From assembly GCA_964276515.1 (NCBI GenBank), contig OZ193910.1, positions 434,001 to 498,000 of the forward strand: DNA of 64,000 nt, in the 5' to 3' direction. Origin of the DNA: Gordius albopunctatus. Taxonomy: Eukaryota. The notes beneath the pieces are model-generated. The model was not told the DNA's origin. It saw only the letters and a list, made by a program, of their open reading frames with translations, and made no database searches. Each line of letters opens with the position of its first letter. Within the stretch, counting starts at the first letter, position 1. Position numbers and translations under genes: made by a program. Positions 26,987 to 38,258 of the stretch are shown here, one piece after another.

Positions 26987-27584
26987 TTTTTGAAAAAGTT
27001 ATCAAAACTTATATGAATATTTATCTATCTCTTATCTAAAGACTCTAGATAAAATTTATAAATCAATGGTATGCACAATTTTTTTAGGCCTAGCGCTAAA
27101 ATTAAAAAAAAGTACTTAAAACTTTATAAACAAAACAGGAGTAAGCTTTTTATATGATCAGAATGTGGTAAGATTTAGACATTTAATATATTGATTTTTA
27201 ATAGAATCTCAACTTTAATTTTTCATTTTTTAATCATATGGTTTGACATTAAAAAGGTTATGGAATAAACTATGGTGTTTTATGGAATCGACTTGAGATA
27301 ATTTCATGGGCGTAGCCAAGGGTCGGCACCCCCCCCCCAAATCCAAAAAATTAATTGAAAATTTATTAAAAGTATGGCTAAAATTAGAAATTATATTATT
27401 TGAAACAACAGCGGAGAGGGGCCAAAGCAAAAAACGGGATAAAAAAAGTGGGACAGGATGTGACATTATTCTGACCGAGAAATAACTCCATTCTTTGTAC
27501 AACGTCATAGGCCATATTTATTCCAAGAAATTTTTTACAAACATACTTCGTCTATTAAAAATAATAATTGTTATTGAGTGGCGT

Positions 27585-30385
27585 TTAAATATGGATATGG
27601 GCTCTTTTAGTGCCCCCTTTCCCCATTTCTTTGCTATTTTTTGAGTCCAATCGTCGAGTACTCTTCTTCTTTCCTCTTCCGCCTTTAGCAAAGCGATCGG
27701 ATTTTTTGTTAATCTTCAAAACACTACCGCTCACACTGTCTTGGCTGGGTGTTGTGCGATCTTTTTGGGAATTTGTGCGTTTTCCAGCAAACTTAGAACC
27801 ACCGCGACCTAGGGGCGTTCGCTCGCCGCTACCCTTCTGTACCGTCCGGTCCAAGCACCTTTTTATTCGCACAGTTCTGCCCTTAATTCTTAATTTACCG
27901 TTCATCATGAGAGCTAAATCCACGGAATCTTTTTCCTAAATCATTATTTAGATTTAATTAAATTTTATCCTTCTTTTAAAAAGAAATAGAATTTTTTTTA
28001 ATAAACCTTAAATAACACGAATCCACAGCCTACACCTTTTAATGCGCCGGACGTTCTGATAATTCTGAGCGCTTCTACCGCGAGCCCGGCCTTTTCTTGA
28101 AAGGTCTGCCACAAGTCTTCTTCCTCGCACGATTCAAAGGGTAAATTGCCCAGGAAAATTGTGCGCGCTTTGTCGTATTTAACGCCGCTCACTTCTTTGC
28201 GCGATGACTTTTGCACCCGATCCACCCTTAAATGCCTGAATTGAAAGGAAAAAATGTTTTTTAATATTAGAAAAAGGGAATTGAAATCATTACAAAAATC
28301 GACTATCTTTATGATAAAAAGCATCCCGCTAAAGCACATACGTAATGATACCTCGCTATATGTATATCCTTTAAATTGGGCTGATAAACATATTTACTTT
28401 TAGCAATTTAAGACTTAATCAACAACTAAGAAGAGACTAAAACCGGGGGTGGGTTCTGTTTGGTCGGCTTTTGGTGTTAGTAGACTAAGCATTAACAGAC
28501 CAAAGGTTTCACCAAAAAATCTATGCTCTATTTATGCGAAAATGCCAACAATTCTAGTAAATTTTATCTAAAAGTATTGTCAAAGGGAAGAATTAAAAGT
28601 ACCTGCCCTGATAGATTTGTCCATTGAGCGCTTCGATCGCGCGCCCAACGCTCACGCTCTCCTCAAATCGCACGTAAGCGTTTTTATTAAACCTACCGGG
28701 GTCTGTGAGTGCTTGAGCGCTGCGCGCCGCTGCTCCAAGCGTCAAGTGCTTTAGCTTCTTTTTAGCGCCGCTACCATCATCTAACCGTAAAATAAATTTT
28801 AAAAATATTATTGTAAACCGTAAGTAAAAATGCAAAAATTTTAGATAAATAAGGTTGTTTGATTTCAAACTTCTGTATAGCATAATGATATTCAATAGAA
28901 AATAATACCTACTCACTTACAGCCAAATAAAACAATTAATCTTTAGTGTATTATTAATTAAATGTAACATCTTTGACCTTAAACAACTGAACACAGTTAC
29001 ATTTCTTACAACTATGAAAACTACAAAACATTACCTTTGTAAAATGAATATTAAAATGCTATTTCTATATAATCTGACATTTGAATATTAACAGACGAAG
29101 TTTGAATAAGTCTTTATATTAATCATATCTCAATATGTATTTATTTTTCATCTTTAATCAATTTTTTATTCTTTTTCTAAATTGTGAGGTACTCATGTTC
29201 ATCTTATAAATATCTCTATTATGTTATATTACAAATTTTACATTTCATGGTGGGTAATTAATCAGTATATCATTTCTCCCCTATATTTTCAAAAACAATC
29301 TTTTTATAGTAATTTACAAAGTTTAAGGTTGTCTAAAACTATGCCATATAAATTTTCTTTTAAAACTTAAAAAATGTTATAAAGAATTCATTTAAATACC
29401 ACTAAATGATAGGGATGTTCATATTTTAGACAATTGTAAAGAGTTTTTGTTAATAGTTTAAAAAATGATTTAGTAAAAAGCAAATGGTTTGTTTTAAAAT
29501 TTACTGTTTATTAAATACAAAAGAATTTTTAGATAGGAGTGGCAGCTTCCCTTTATTGCTTACCCTTAATGTATATTTTGCGCTGCAAAATCACATTTAA
29601 ATATGAGATCTACTTATAAATTATTTCTTTTTGAATGAAAATTTGAAATATAATAACAAGCTTGGGTATTTTGATAAAATATTGTTTACCATCAGTGGAT
29701 GATGTGTGAAGATTTTGATCTTTTTCCTGACTTAGTAAGAGGGGGATCGATCTAAATCTCAAAGTGATGATAGTTCCATAAGGATTTACCAACTTTTTTA
29801 AAGCCTTGAAAAAATAACAGAGTGTTTTACTTTTTCAATATAATACATTAACAAATGTATGTCTCAAAATTTGTATAAATTACATATTTTCAATAAATTT
29901 TAGTTGTACTAATATGTTTAAAAGGAGAATACTACATTTTGGCTAAATTTAACAATAGATTCAAAGCTAAATTCATAAGCCAAAAAGGTAAAATAACAAA
30001 AACTAATATAGATTTTGTAAATGGTACATAAAAACGTAAATTAACACCTTTTTTGTTGTTTCGATTGGTAGGTTTCCTATAAAAATTGTATTTTCATTTT
30101 CGTCAGAAGTTTCCTTCACTGTCACAATGGGCTTATCAGCAACACATTTTTTTGACCTTTATAATGCTAATATTATAATAAAATATTACTTTGTAACTGG
30201 TTGAACATCTGATTTCGAACTAGTTGATGAAACTTGAGGTTTTTTATAAGAACACACTACTTTCTTAAGCTTTTACAGAGCCACATATAAATTTATACCT
30301 TTGCATATATCTCAGATAAGGAAGACTTTGCATCAACATAACCAAATAAAGATTTAGTAATATCACCTGCTTGATACTTGGTCAT
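27585..30385 (-). CDS. RBM34: RNA-binding protein 34 / Nop12-like nucleolar two-RRM protein
   Basis: ATG at 30385 (MTKYQAGDITKSLFG). RRM1 is split over exons (NTIFIGNLP; YGTIITLRFRSIP; NAYVRF...ALNG; HLRVD). RRM2 has RTIFLGNLPF...KGVGCGFVLFK and SVDLALMMNG...GRTVRIKRC. The tail is Lys/Arg-rich and the stop is at 27585. Confidence 0.88.
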
Positions 30386-32249
30386 AATGCCAAAATTACT
30401 AATTCTCAACTCACAAAAACTATTTCACCAAAAATATGAGATCACAATGTTTTTTAGCCAATAAGCATGTCTTAAATTTTTAATGAGTATTAATTCTATT
30501 AATATAATATAGTTATTAAAGAGTTTATTTTTCTTAGCTAAACTTCAGAAAATTATTCAGGCATTTTTAAATAACAAACATCTTAAATCGAATCTAATAT
30601 AATTTACAGTATCAAGTATTACTACCAGATGCACAGGATTAAACAACAAGTTTTACATTTGTTTAAGTAAAGACAAATAATCTTCAAATCTTCTATTACT
30701 CTTTTATGTATCAAAGCTTAAGAGCATTCTATGATTTCTAATGTTATTCAAGTAATAATACAGTTTAATCAAATGAGCTTTAATTATTTTATAATTTATT
30801 TGGAAATTTTCAATATCCACTTGAAGGTTGATGCTTAGACAAATCAATCCCGGAAAGAAAATTTGGTTTAGGGGTTCAAGTGTATTGTAAAATAATGAAT
30901 TATCCCCTAAACTTTGTCATTCTTAAAACTAACATACTTATCATTATTCATTGTCATCTTTAATTAGATTAGGCTTGTAATTATACTTTTTCTTTAGTAT
31001 ATATTGCTTAATCTATGTGTCGTATTAATGGGTACTCGTACTATTCTTCCCTAGCCCTGATAATGCCCGCCCTGTTTGGCTTGTGTTCTATGTGTCGGAT
31101 TGAGTGTGTGTTCCAGTTATATCTTATGTTTAAAACTATTAAAATTAATTACCATTACTAGGGTTAAAACGAGAACTTTTAAATGAGTGCTATGAATGTG
31201 ATGGATAAGGCCCCTATTCCGTTGAGGATCAGGTCGTTAGGATAGAGGACGGAATACGGGTAAAGAGAAGTATCAACAAGATTTTTATGACCATTCCTTT
31301 TTAGGATAGGTAGGAAGGAATTGTAGATGCAGGGGGAAAGGGTAATAAAAATGGAAAACAACGACCTCTAAGGGGAACAAGTCCCAAGGATATAAATACG
31401 GAAAAGGCATCTTATAAACACTTTTTATTTTCCCCAACAACAATTAAACCTTCCCCATTAAGAAGCCCCGTACTTCTACACTATAGCCCATACGAATTCT
31501 AACGTTTAATGCATTTAACCTACCCCTTAAACTCTACCCTTCCTAGATAGCACCAAAAACCCTTCTCTTTTGCAAAATAACTAACGAGATATATTTATTA
31601 TTTGAGGAAATACCAAATTATTTGATATGGACATAATAATAAAAAGTTGAACCTGAAGTTAGTAAATTATTGAACAAATCCGTTTTCCCAGACTTGAAGC
31701 AAAGTTATCTTAGTTGTATAGAATATATCAAAATCCCCGTTAACAAAAGCAATAGAAAATCCTTAGCTTCCCGATGAAACGTGCTAAACGCTTTGTAAAT
31801 TTATCTTTTACTTTAAATATTAATTATTTGTATTTTATTTTCAAACACATCTTTAGTAATATTAAAGCTCGCAATTTTAAAAACAAAAATCTTAAAGTTT
31901 AGAAAAACATGTTAAACGTTTAGAAAAATTTAATTACCTTTATAATTAAATTTAGCTGTTATTAGCATCTTTCTCTTCTATTTTAGAAGTTGAGATAGTT
32001 TTTAAAAAAACATTTATGAAATAAAAAAATTTCATTTTCAAACACGCGCTAGAGGAAAAAATACTTTGTTTAGATAGCCTTAAAGTTAGTAGATTTTCAC
32101 CCAAAATTAAATTTTAACTTAATTCTTCTTTCTATGATTGTTTTTGTTTATCACCTTGGCTGTCAGTATTTCAACATTAATATCAATTTGTCTCAATATT
32201 TACATAGATCTTTATTTATCTTGTACATTTTAATATCGTACCTAATTTT

Positions 32250-33120
32250 ATAATTCAACTTAAGCTTGGGTCTTCCTCTCTTTCGTTTTCCTGCAAAATT
32301 TATTTTCTCCATTTTCTTTCCGACGTTATCGTCGTTCTCTCTACTCTGCCATATTATATTAGTCTGCTTGTTACGAGCTTTGTTTTCATAGAAGTATCCA
32401 AATTTTTCCTTATTTCTTCATTTCGTTTATACATCCATCTTAACATTTTTAAGGCGTTTTACACGTTCTCAATATATTGTTAAAAATCTTCAAGCATTTG
32501 GACCAGTATTGCCTAACGGTTTAAAGCCATCTATTGGTAAGTTGTTCGTTTCGAGAGCTTTTCCTGACTTTAATTTACCTAGAGTAACTTTGGCCTCCGT
32601 TTCCTTGATCCATTCCACTAGGTATCATTCTCCTATTATACTTTCTTGGTTTTAATCTTAGACCAAGGGCCCCTTTTTAAATGATAAATCACTATAGTAA
32701 TCGTACCGTCTTTGCCATATATTGCCGTAGTGTGTTAGTATTTCTCCATTTTGTGGCTTGATTAGCCGGCATTCTACGTAATCTTTGAAATTTCGGACCC
32801 TTGACTTTGCGATTTTATAGATCAATCTTTCTACTTCCTAGGAGTTTAGTTTTTCATATATCATCCAACACCCTGTTTTTAAGTTTGCTACGTATTTTTA
32901 AGCCTATCTTTTAGCTATTTGGTAAGATTGCTTGTATTAGTATCCTTACATTTATACCAACTTTAATACATTTTTGTACTTCTTCATTTCAACATCACGA
33001 TTTCTTTAGAATTCTCTTAGTGGGCTTTCTCTCACCTAATACGGATTGTCCCTTTTTCCGCATTGTTTAGGCTATACCATTTCACTGATCTTCACACAAT
33101 GCATTAAAATTCAACTTTGC
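32250..33120 (-). mobile_element. Heavily decayed non-LTR (RTE-like) retrotransposon remnant
   Basis: Minus-strand fragments such as KRNEEIRK..., YGRVER and QENEREEDP resemble the RTE C-terminus and the neighbouring 33550-33960 copy; many stops. Confidence 0.5.
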
Positions 33121-33550
33121 GAGACTCGTATATAATTTTTTATCTTAATTTTGACGCTTCAGTTATATTGACAAAATTTACTACAAGAAACCGGGATGAA
33201 CCCAGGTCAGAGCAGGTAGAGGCAGGAGGAGCGGCTGCCCCCTCTAAATCTAAAAATTTGTTTTAATTTATTAAAATTATGGCCAAAATTTCAAAACATG
33301 ATGATCATTTTGCCCCTCTCCAAAACATTATTACCTCCCCTCTCTGATTTTAATCCTGCCAATGTCCATGTTTATATCAATATACGCCCTTTTTCCGGCC
33401 AATCCTACCCCTTTATTCACAAGCGATCACACACAGCCTACGAGCTCGTTTGATGAAGGAATTAGAAATAAAAATTGTCAGATTATAGAGATTACTGAAA
33501 CAATTTTAGGCACAATATGATTTAATGACAATCACTATTAACATCATAAA

Positions 33551-33957
33551 CTTCTTCTTTCTTCTTCTTCTTTCTATGACTGCTTGGCACCTAGGCTGGT
33601 GGTCAGTCCTTTCAGCGTTCGTTTCCATTTGCTTCTATGTTTACATAGATCTTTCTTTATCTTGTGGACTTTCATATCATGCCGTATTTTATGAATCCAG
33701 ATAAACTTGGGTATTCCTCTCCTTCGTTTTCCTGCGAAATTTATCATTTCGAATTTCTTTCCTACGTAGCTATCGTCCCTTCTTTCGACATTGTTGTTAG
33801 GAGTTTTGTCGCAATCGATGTAGTACCAAAAATTCTTCTTATTTCTTCATTTCGCCTCTGGTCCTTTTTGCTTACTCCTAACACCCATCTTAGAATTACA
33901 TCATAAACATGACTTTGTTTTTTACAAATTTCATGTAGAATCTGCTTCACAACCATA
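33551..33957 (-). mobile_element. RTE-like non-LTR retrotransposon 3' fragment with (GAA)n tail
   Basis: LRWVLGVSKKDQRRNEEIRR peptide; cttcttc repeat at 33551-33570 is a (GAA)n tail on the minus strand. Confidence 0.75.
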
Positions 33958-34860
33958 AAACTACAAAGTTATATTGTTTTAAGTTTTCGAGGTAAATTCC
34001 TTAAGTATACCAAACTTAAAACTATTTTTTAAGATATCCGAAATTAACAAAGCATTTTTAAAAAACCTTTAAAAAATGACTGCAGGCAGAGCAAAGTTTA
34101 CGGATGTCTGTTCATATTTAGGGTTATACACCTCTAAAAAGCGAAAGGTGCTAAAAAAGTATCTTCTAATTGTATCGAGGGGTTTTTCTGACTAACTTTA
34201 TTAAATTTTGGCAGTTTAGTTTAAACATTCTTGAGGTAAAAAAACTTGGCACAATTTAACAGTCAAATAACTTTTAACATTAAATAAAAAAGTTATACAC
34301 TTGAAACAAAACGGGAATAAAAGCCACAATTTTAACAATTTTGCAATAAAAGCAAAGAATTGTTGGAAATTATTACAAAAAAATAAAATGTCATCTCTAA
34401 ATATTGCCTCGATAGTTATTCAACTTATTTTTGCAATTATTGTTAGTTTGGATTACATACAAGATAAGTTTTTTTTAACGAAAAAGTTGAATTTGCAATT
34501 ATTGAGTGAAAACTGAAACTAATTGAAATTAACATTAATTTCAGACCAGCTTGCTAGAGATAAATTTTGTGTAGTTAGCAAGATTTTAAATTATAACTTA
34601 GGGTTAGCAACCTGTAGTCAGTCAATCGTTGTCAATATTATTTAAATCTTTCATATACAAACAACTCTGTTGGATCTTAAAATCTTTATCATATATCTGT
34701 TTGAAATTTTAAGTCAAGAATTATAATATTAATAATATATATTTATGTTAATAACTAGATTTTATAATCTTTCTTATTCTAATTTCTATAAAAATTTTGA
34801 TGTATGCTAAAATATTAATATTTTTTTTTCATTTAAATTTATCCGGTCTTTCCTCCCTAC

Positions 34861-35544
34861 ATGCCTAGAACCAGAAACACTTAGGATAGCACGGAGGATA
34901 TCAGGACCTCGCTGAGCCCTGTTAGACCAGGGGTTCCCGGTGCGGGCTCAGCGGAACTGGTAGCCCAACTGGTGGAGATGCAGAGGGAACAGAACAGAGC
35001 GAATCAACGCCAAATCGATAGCTTAAGGGAAATGTTAGCTACATCGATGTCTGTGGTGGGGACTAGTTATAGGCAACCAGAGCAGCCGATGATCGCTGCC
35101 CCGATCCAGATGCCGTCAACGGTTCAAATTATACCGGCACCTGACCCACCAAAGACCCCGGCCTTCCTATGCTAAGAAATTGCTAAACACACACAGGGCC
35201 TAGAAGAGCTGTTGAAAGATCCGGACCAACGAGTCCAAAAGAGAGACAGACACGAGGCAAAATACGCCATCATGATGTCGCAAGTCTGCCTCCCAACGTC
35301 ACCGCTCGAAATACTAATAGCCCACGATAAGCAATTAAAAACCCTATGCTTGGCAATAAAATTTAACTGGGCAACAGCAGCCAAGCATGACACTACCTGG
35401 CTCACCGACATGGGTTTCAAAGACGTAGAGATTACAATACCCAAGTCACCGAGAAAATCGTTTTTTCCAGGAGCTGGCAGGGGCAGAGGCAAAAGGCCGA
35501 GCCGACACTTCCCAAAAAACGCGGCCCCTGCCCCGCGTTCGTAA
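34861..35544 (+). pseudogene. ORF1 of the retroelement (~227 codons; gag/core-like position) with two premature stops
   Basis: A single frame runs from ATG 34861 to TAA 35544, interrupted only by TAG 34882 and TAA 35173. It has a coiled-coil-like segment (LVEMQREQNRANQRQIDSLREML), a Pro-rich linker and a basic tail (SPRKSFFPGAGRGRGKRPSRHFPK). Confidence 0.7.
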
Positions 35545-37512
35545 ACTAATACGCAACACCGTCAACCGGTGGGAATACGGGCCTTCGGGCGAACCGACTC
35601 TCAACGGGAATAAAGATTCGGGCTCTCCCAGGTGGTGGCAATTAATCAAAAACTTTCTAAGGGAGAACCGCCGCCAAATCTTCTCCCCAGCGCATCAGGT
35701 CAATGACGATAATTCCGAAGGGCCAGCGTAGCCCCCTCCATTACCGCCACGAGAGTATCCCAAGATACCCACCAACGTGAATGATCGTATCAACCCCGAC
35801 AACGACGAATCCCTCGGCGGGGACACCGGTTCGGGAAACATCCCGGACCTTGTGGATAGACATAAAGCTATCTTCCAGTGGGGCAAACAGAGCATCACGA
35901 TCAAGCCCAAAGGGCCTCTTGACATTAGGACGTCCAGGCTAAAGCCTCATCCACTCATGTCACCTTTTACGCTCAAAGTGGCTTTTGAGGGATTCAAGCC
36001 GCCCCTTGACCTCCCTAGGATAAGGAGGAATGACGGCCTGTTCAGGCCCGATAGGCATAAAAGAATCTCCAAAGGTAGTCCAGCGTACTTCACCGCCATG
36101 AAAGAAGCGGGGGTTGTATCCGAGGCGCAAGCGCTCGCCATCACCTCCGCAACCTTTTTCATAGCCAAACAAAATGGGGATGCCCGTGTGAACACTGACT
36201 TATCAGATGCGTCAAAAAATTTCAAGCACCTGCCCGTCAAATTAGCGACCATCCCCCTCACAGCCAAAAAACTAGCCAAGGCTAATTACGCGGCCAAAAT
36301 TGACCTTAAAGCCGCATTCTTTAGCATACCCTTACACAAAAATGTTAAATGATATTGCGGATACAAATGGCGAGACAAACTATACCAATATAACGTCCTC
36401 CCCATGGGAGCCTCCTTTTCGCCATTCGTGCTCCAAACAATAGTTGCAGACTTGGTTAAGAAAGCGGCTAAACGAAGTAACTACAACGTATATCTCGACG
36501 ATATCCTCATCTTTGCCGAGGACGAGAATGACGTCATGGAGGATCTGGGTAACATCGCGGAGCTAGCAAATGACTGGGGACTGACCGTTAACGTCAACAA
36601 GTCATCTATCTGGCCAGAGGACACGATAGAGTATTTAGGGCTGATACTCGACTTCCGCACACACTCAATCAAAGTCTCAGCCAACACACAAACGCGGCTA
36701 AAATATGCAGCAGACATACTACACCTGTTCCTGTCAACCCAAACACCCCCGATGGACTACACATTAATGGAAGCCCTGGGGGTGCTAAATTACTTCTTCT
36801 ACAATCTGACAGGGATGCCTAGGTTGTTTAGCACCTTCTACGCAATAGCAGCAAACAACAACGTTAAAACCCACGACAGGCCTGCAGCACAGGCAAAGCT
36901 ACAAGGATGCCTCGAAATCCTGAGACAAATCATACCACTACATAGAGAGCATGATACCACAATTTACGCGGATGCCTCCGACAGTCACATCGGGATAACA
37001 TGGGAAGAGCAGAGCTTGTCCATTTCCTTCAAAGACGCAGCCCAAGCAATCGGTTTACAATGGGTACACGAGGGCCACATAACCGCAACAGAGACGATAG
37101 CAGCCATATTCGCCTATCTACACGCCATCCACAACGGGGCTAGCTACCCAAAGTCGTCACTGATTCCACCACCGCATACTACGTACTATTAAAAGGAGGA
37201 TCGAACTCCCCGATAATAGAAGCCATCATCGCGAACTTTGTAGCCACCTACGACCTATCACACCTGCTCAAATTACATTACAACATAAGATGGATCGCCT
37301 CAAGTAGCAACCCGGCGGACCTTCCATCGAGAACATGGCTCCCGCCAGAACTATACTCGGTACCGAACAGCGATACCAACATCCCTCCACAGGGCTTCGA
37401 ACTACCTGAACTCCAATTAGACAACCTGGATGAACAAATAGACCTCGGTTTTTGGGAAGACGAAAATTTGTGGAACAGCAGCGAGGAAAACGGAACTGAA
37501 ATCCCCCTGTAA
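35387..37512 (+). pseudogene. Pol ORF of the retroelement: N-terminal extension, reverse transcriptase, RNase H, acidic tail
   Basis: RT motifs: FFIAKQNGDARVNTDLS, KIDLKAAFFSIPL, LPMGASFSPFVLQ, VYLDDILI, GLTVNVNKS, YLGL. RNase H motifs: IYADAS, HITATETIAA, VTDST, WIASSSNPADLPSR. Stops at 35426, 35729 and 36350, and a 1-nt frameshift near 37150. The start codon is inferred. Confidence 0.9.
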
Positions 37513-37730
37513 ACACGTGACCTACAACTATAAAAGCAAAGAAAAAAGACGCACCCTCATTCGCTCTTACTTTTTTCTGTTCCACGATAGTTTACGCACT
37601 TGCCCTCTCTGCCTTTCTTTATTTACCCTTTATTCTCCCCAAAATTTTTCGTCTTCCGCTTATACACATACGCGTATAACATTTAATGAACATATGTAGT
37701 TTTTTATATGGTTAAACGCGTTAATAAATA

Positions 37731-37795
37731 GCCCCTGGTGAAACGTAAAAGCGTAACCAGGGGACCCGATAGGAATGGCGTAACCGCCCTCTCGG
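37731..37795 (+). other. Two tandem bulged stem-loops at the right end of the retroelement
   Basis: CCCCTGGT-GAA-ACG-TAAAAG-CGT-A-ACCAGGGG and CCGAtAG-GAAT-GGCG-TAAC-CGCC-CTcTCGG; both contain GCGTAACC. Confidence 0.75.
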
Positions 37796-38079
37796 ATTTA
37801 TTATTATTTTACACGCTTTGTTATAAAAAAGTATCAAATAAATAATAGCCAAACGTACATGCCTTAAGTAAAAATAATTCAAAATGTCGCAATATGGCTC
37901 AATCGTTATAAAATTTAGTTCAAATAATTTTTGCACTTTGGCACAAAATTTTTCCTTGTTTTCTAAAACTATTAAGACGATAATATGCATTTTAGTGACA
38001 AGAAATCATAGTCTAAAAATTTTAAGCTTAGATTTTATTGTACCAAAAGAGATCAATAATTTTATTAATTATACTACAG

Positions 38080-38258
38080 GCCAATATTGTGGGATTTTGA
38101 AGTGCGACCTCAGCTGTAAACTCGGACTTAAGTTTGTAAATGGATGTCCAATTTGTGAATGTGAAGATAATTGCCTGAATACACTGAGTCGTAGATATGG
38201 GTTTAAAGTCAATGCTAACAACGAAATTATATGTGATTCTGTTCAAGTTTCGATATAA
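38080..38258 (+). CDS. Antistasin-like cysteine-rich exon; the probable signal-peptide exon is at 34388-34441, which would place the retroelement in an intron
   Basis: After the acceptor tactacag the exon reads QYCGILKCDLSCKLGLKFVNGCPICECEDNCLNTLSRRYGFKVNANNEIICD: one antistasin-type Cys repeat plus a degenerate second one. Upstream is MSSLNIASIVIQLIFAII followed by a GTTAGT donor. Intervening exons are not phased. Confidence 0.6.

Larger units (their letters stand above)
34843..37795 (+). mobile_element. ~2.95 kb retroelement with DIRS/hepadnavirus-like RT-RNase H and no visible integration enzyme
   Basis: A sharply bounded GC-rich block in AT-rich DNA, flanked by the direct repeat ATTTAT (34837-34842 and 37796-37801). 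It carries ORF1, an overlapping RT-RH ORF and two terminal stem-loops. Confidence 0.9.

Noticed and set aside
31020..31600. Possible Penelope or other retroelement remnant with a ctgataatgcc motif
   Set aside because: No GAAA core after the stem and no recognisable RT or GIY-YIG peptide; too decayed to call.
35172..37585. Minus-strand ORFs in the retroelement as a hidden recombinase or envelope gene
   Set aside because: All are 110 aa or shorter, with no R-H-R-Y recombinase signature or convincing transmembrane pattern; they are antisense shadows.
37731..37765. First terminal hairpin as a hammerhead ribozyme (contains GAAAC...GTA)
   Set aside because: No CTGANGA core with stem II in the required position.
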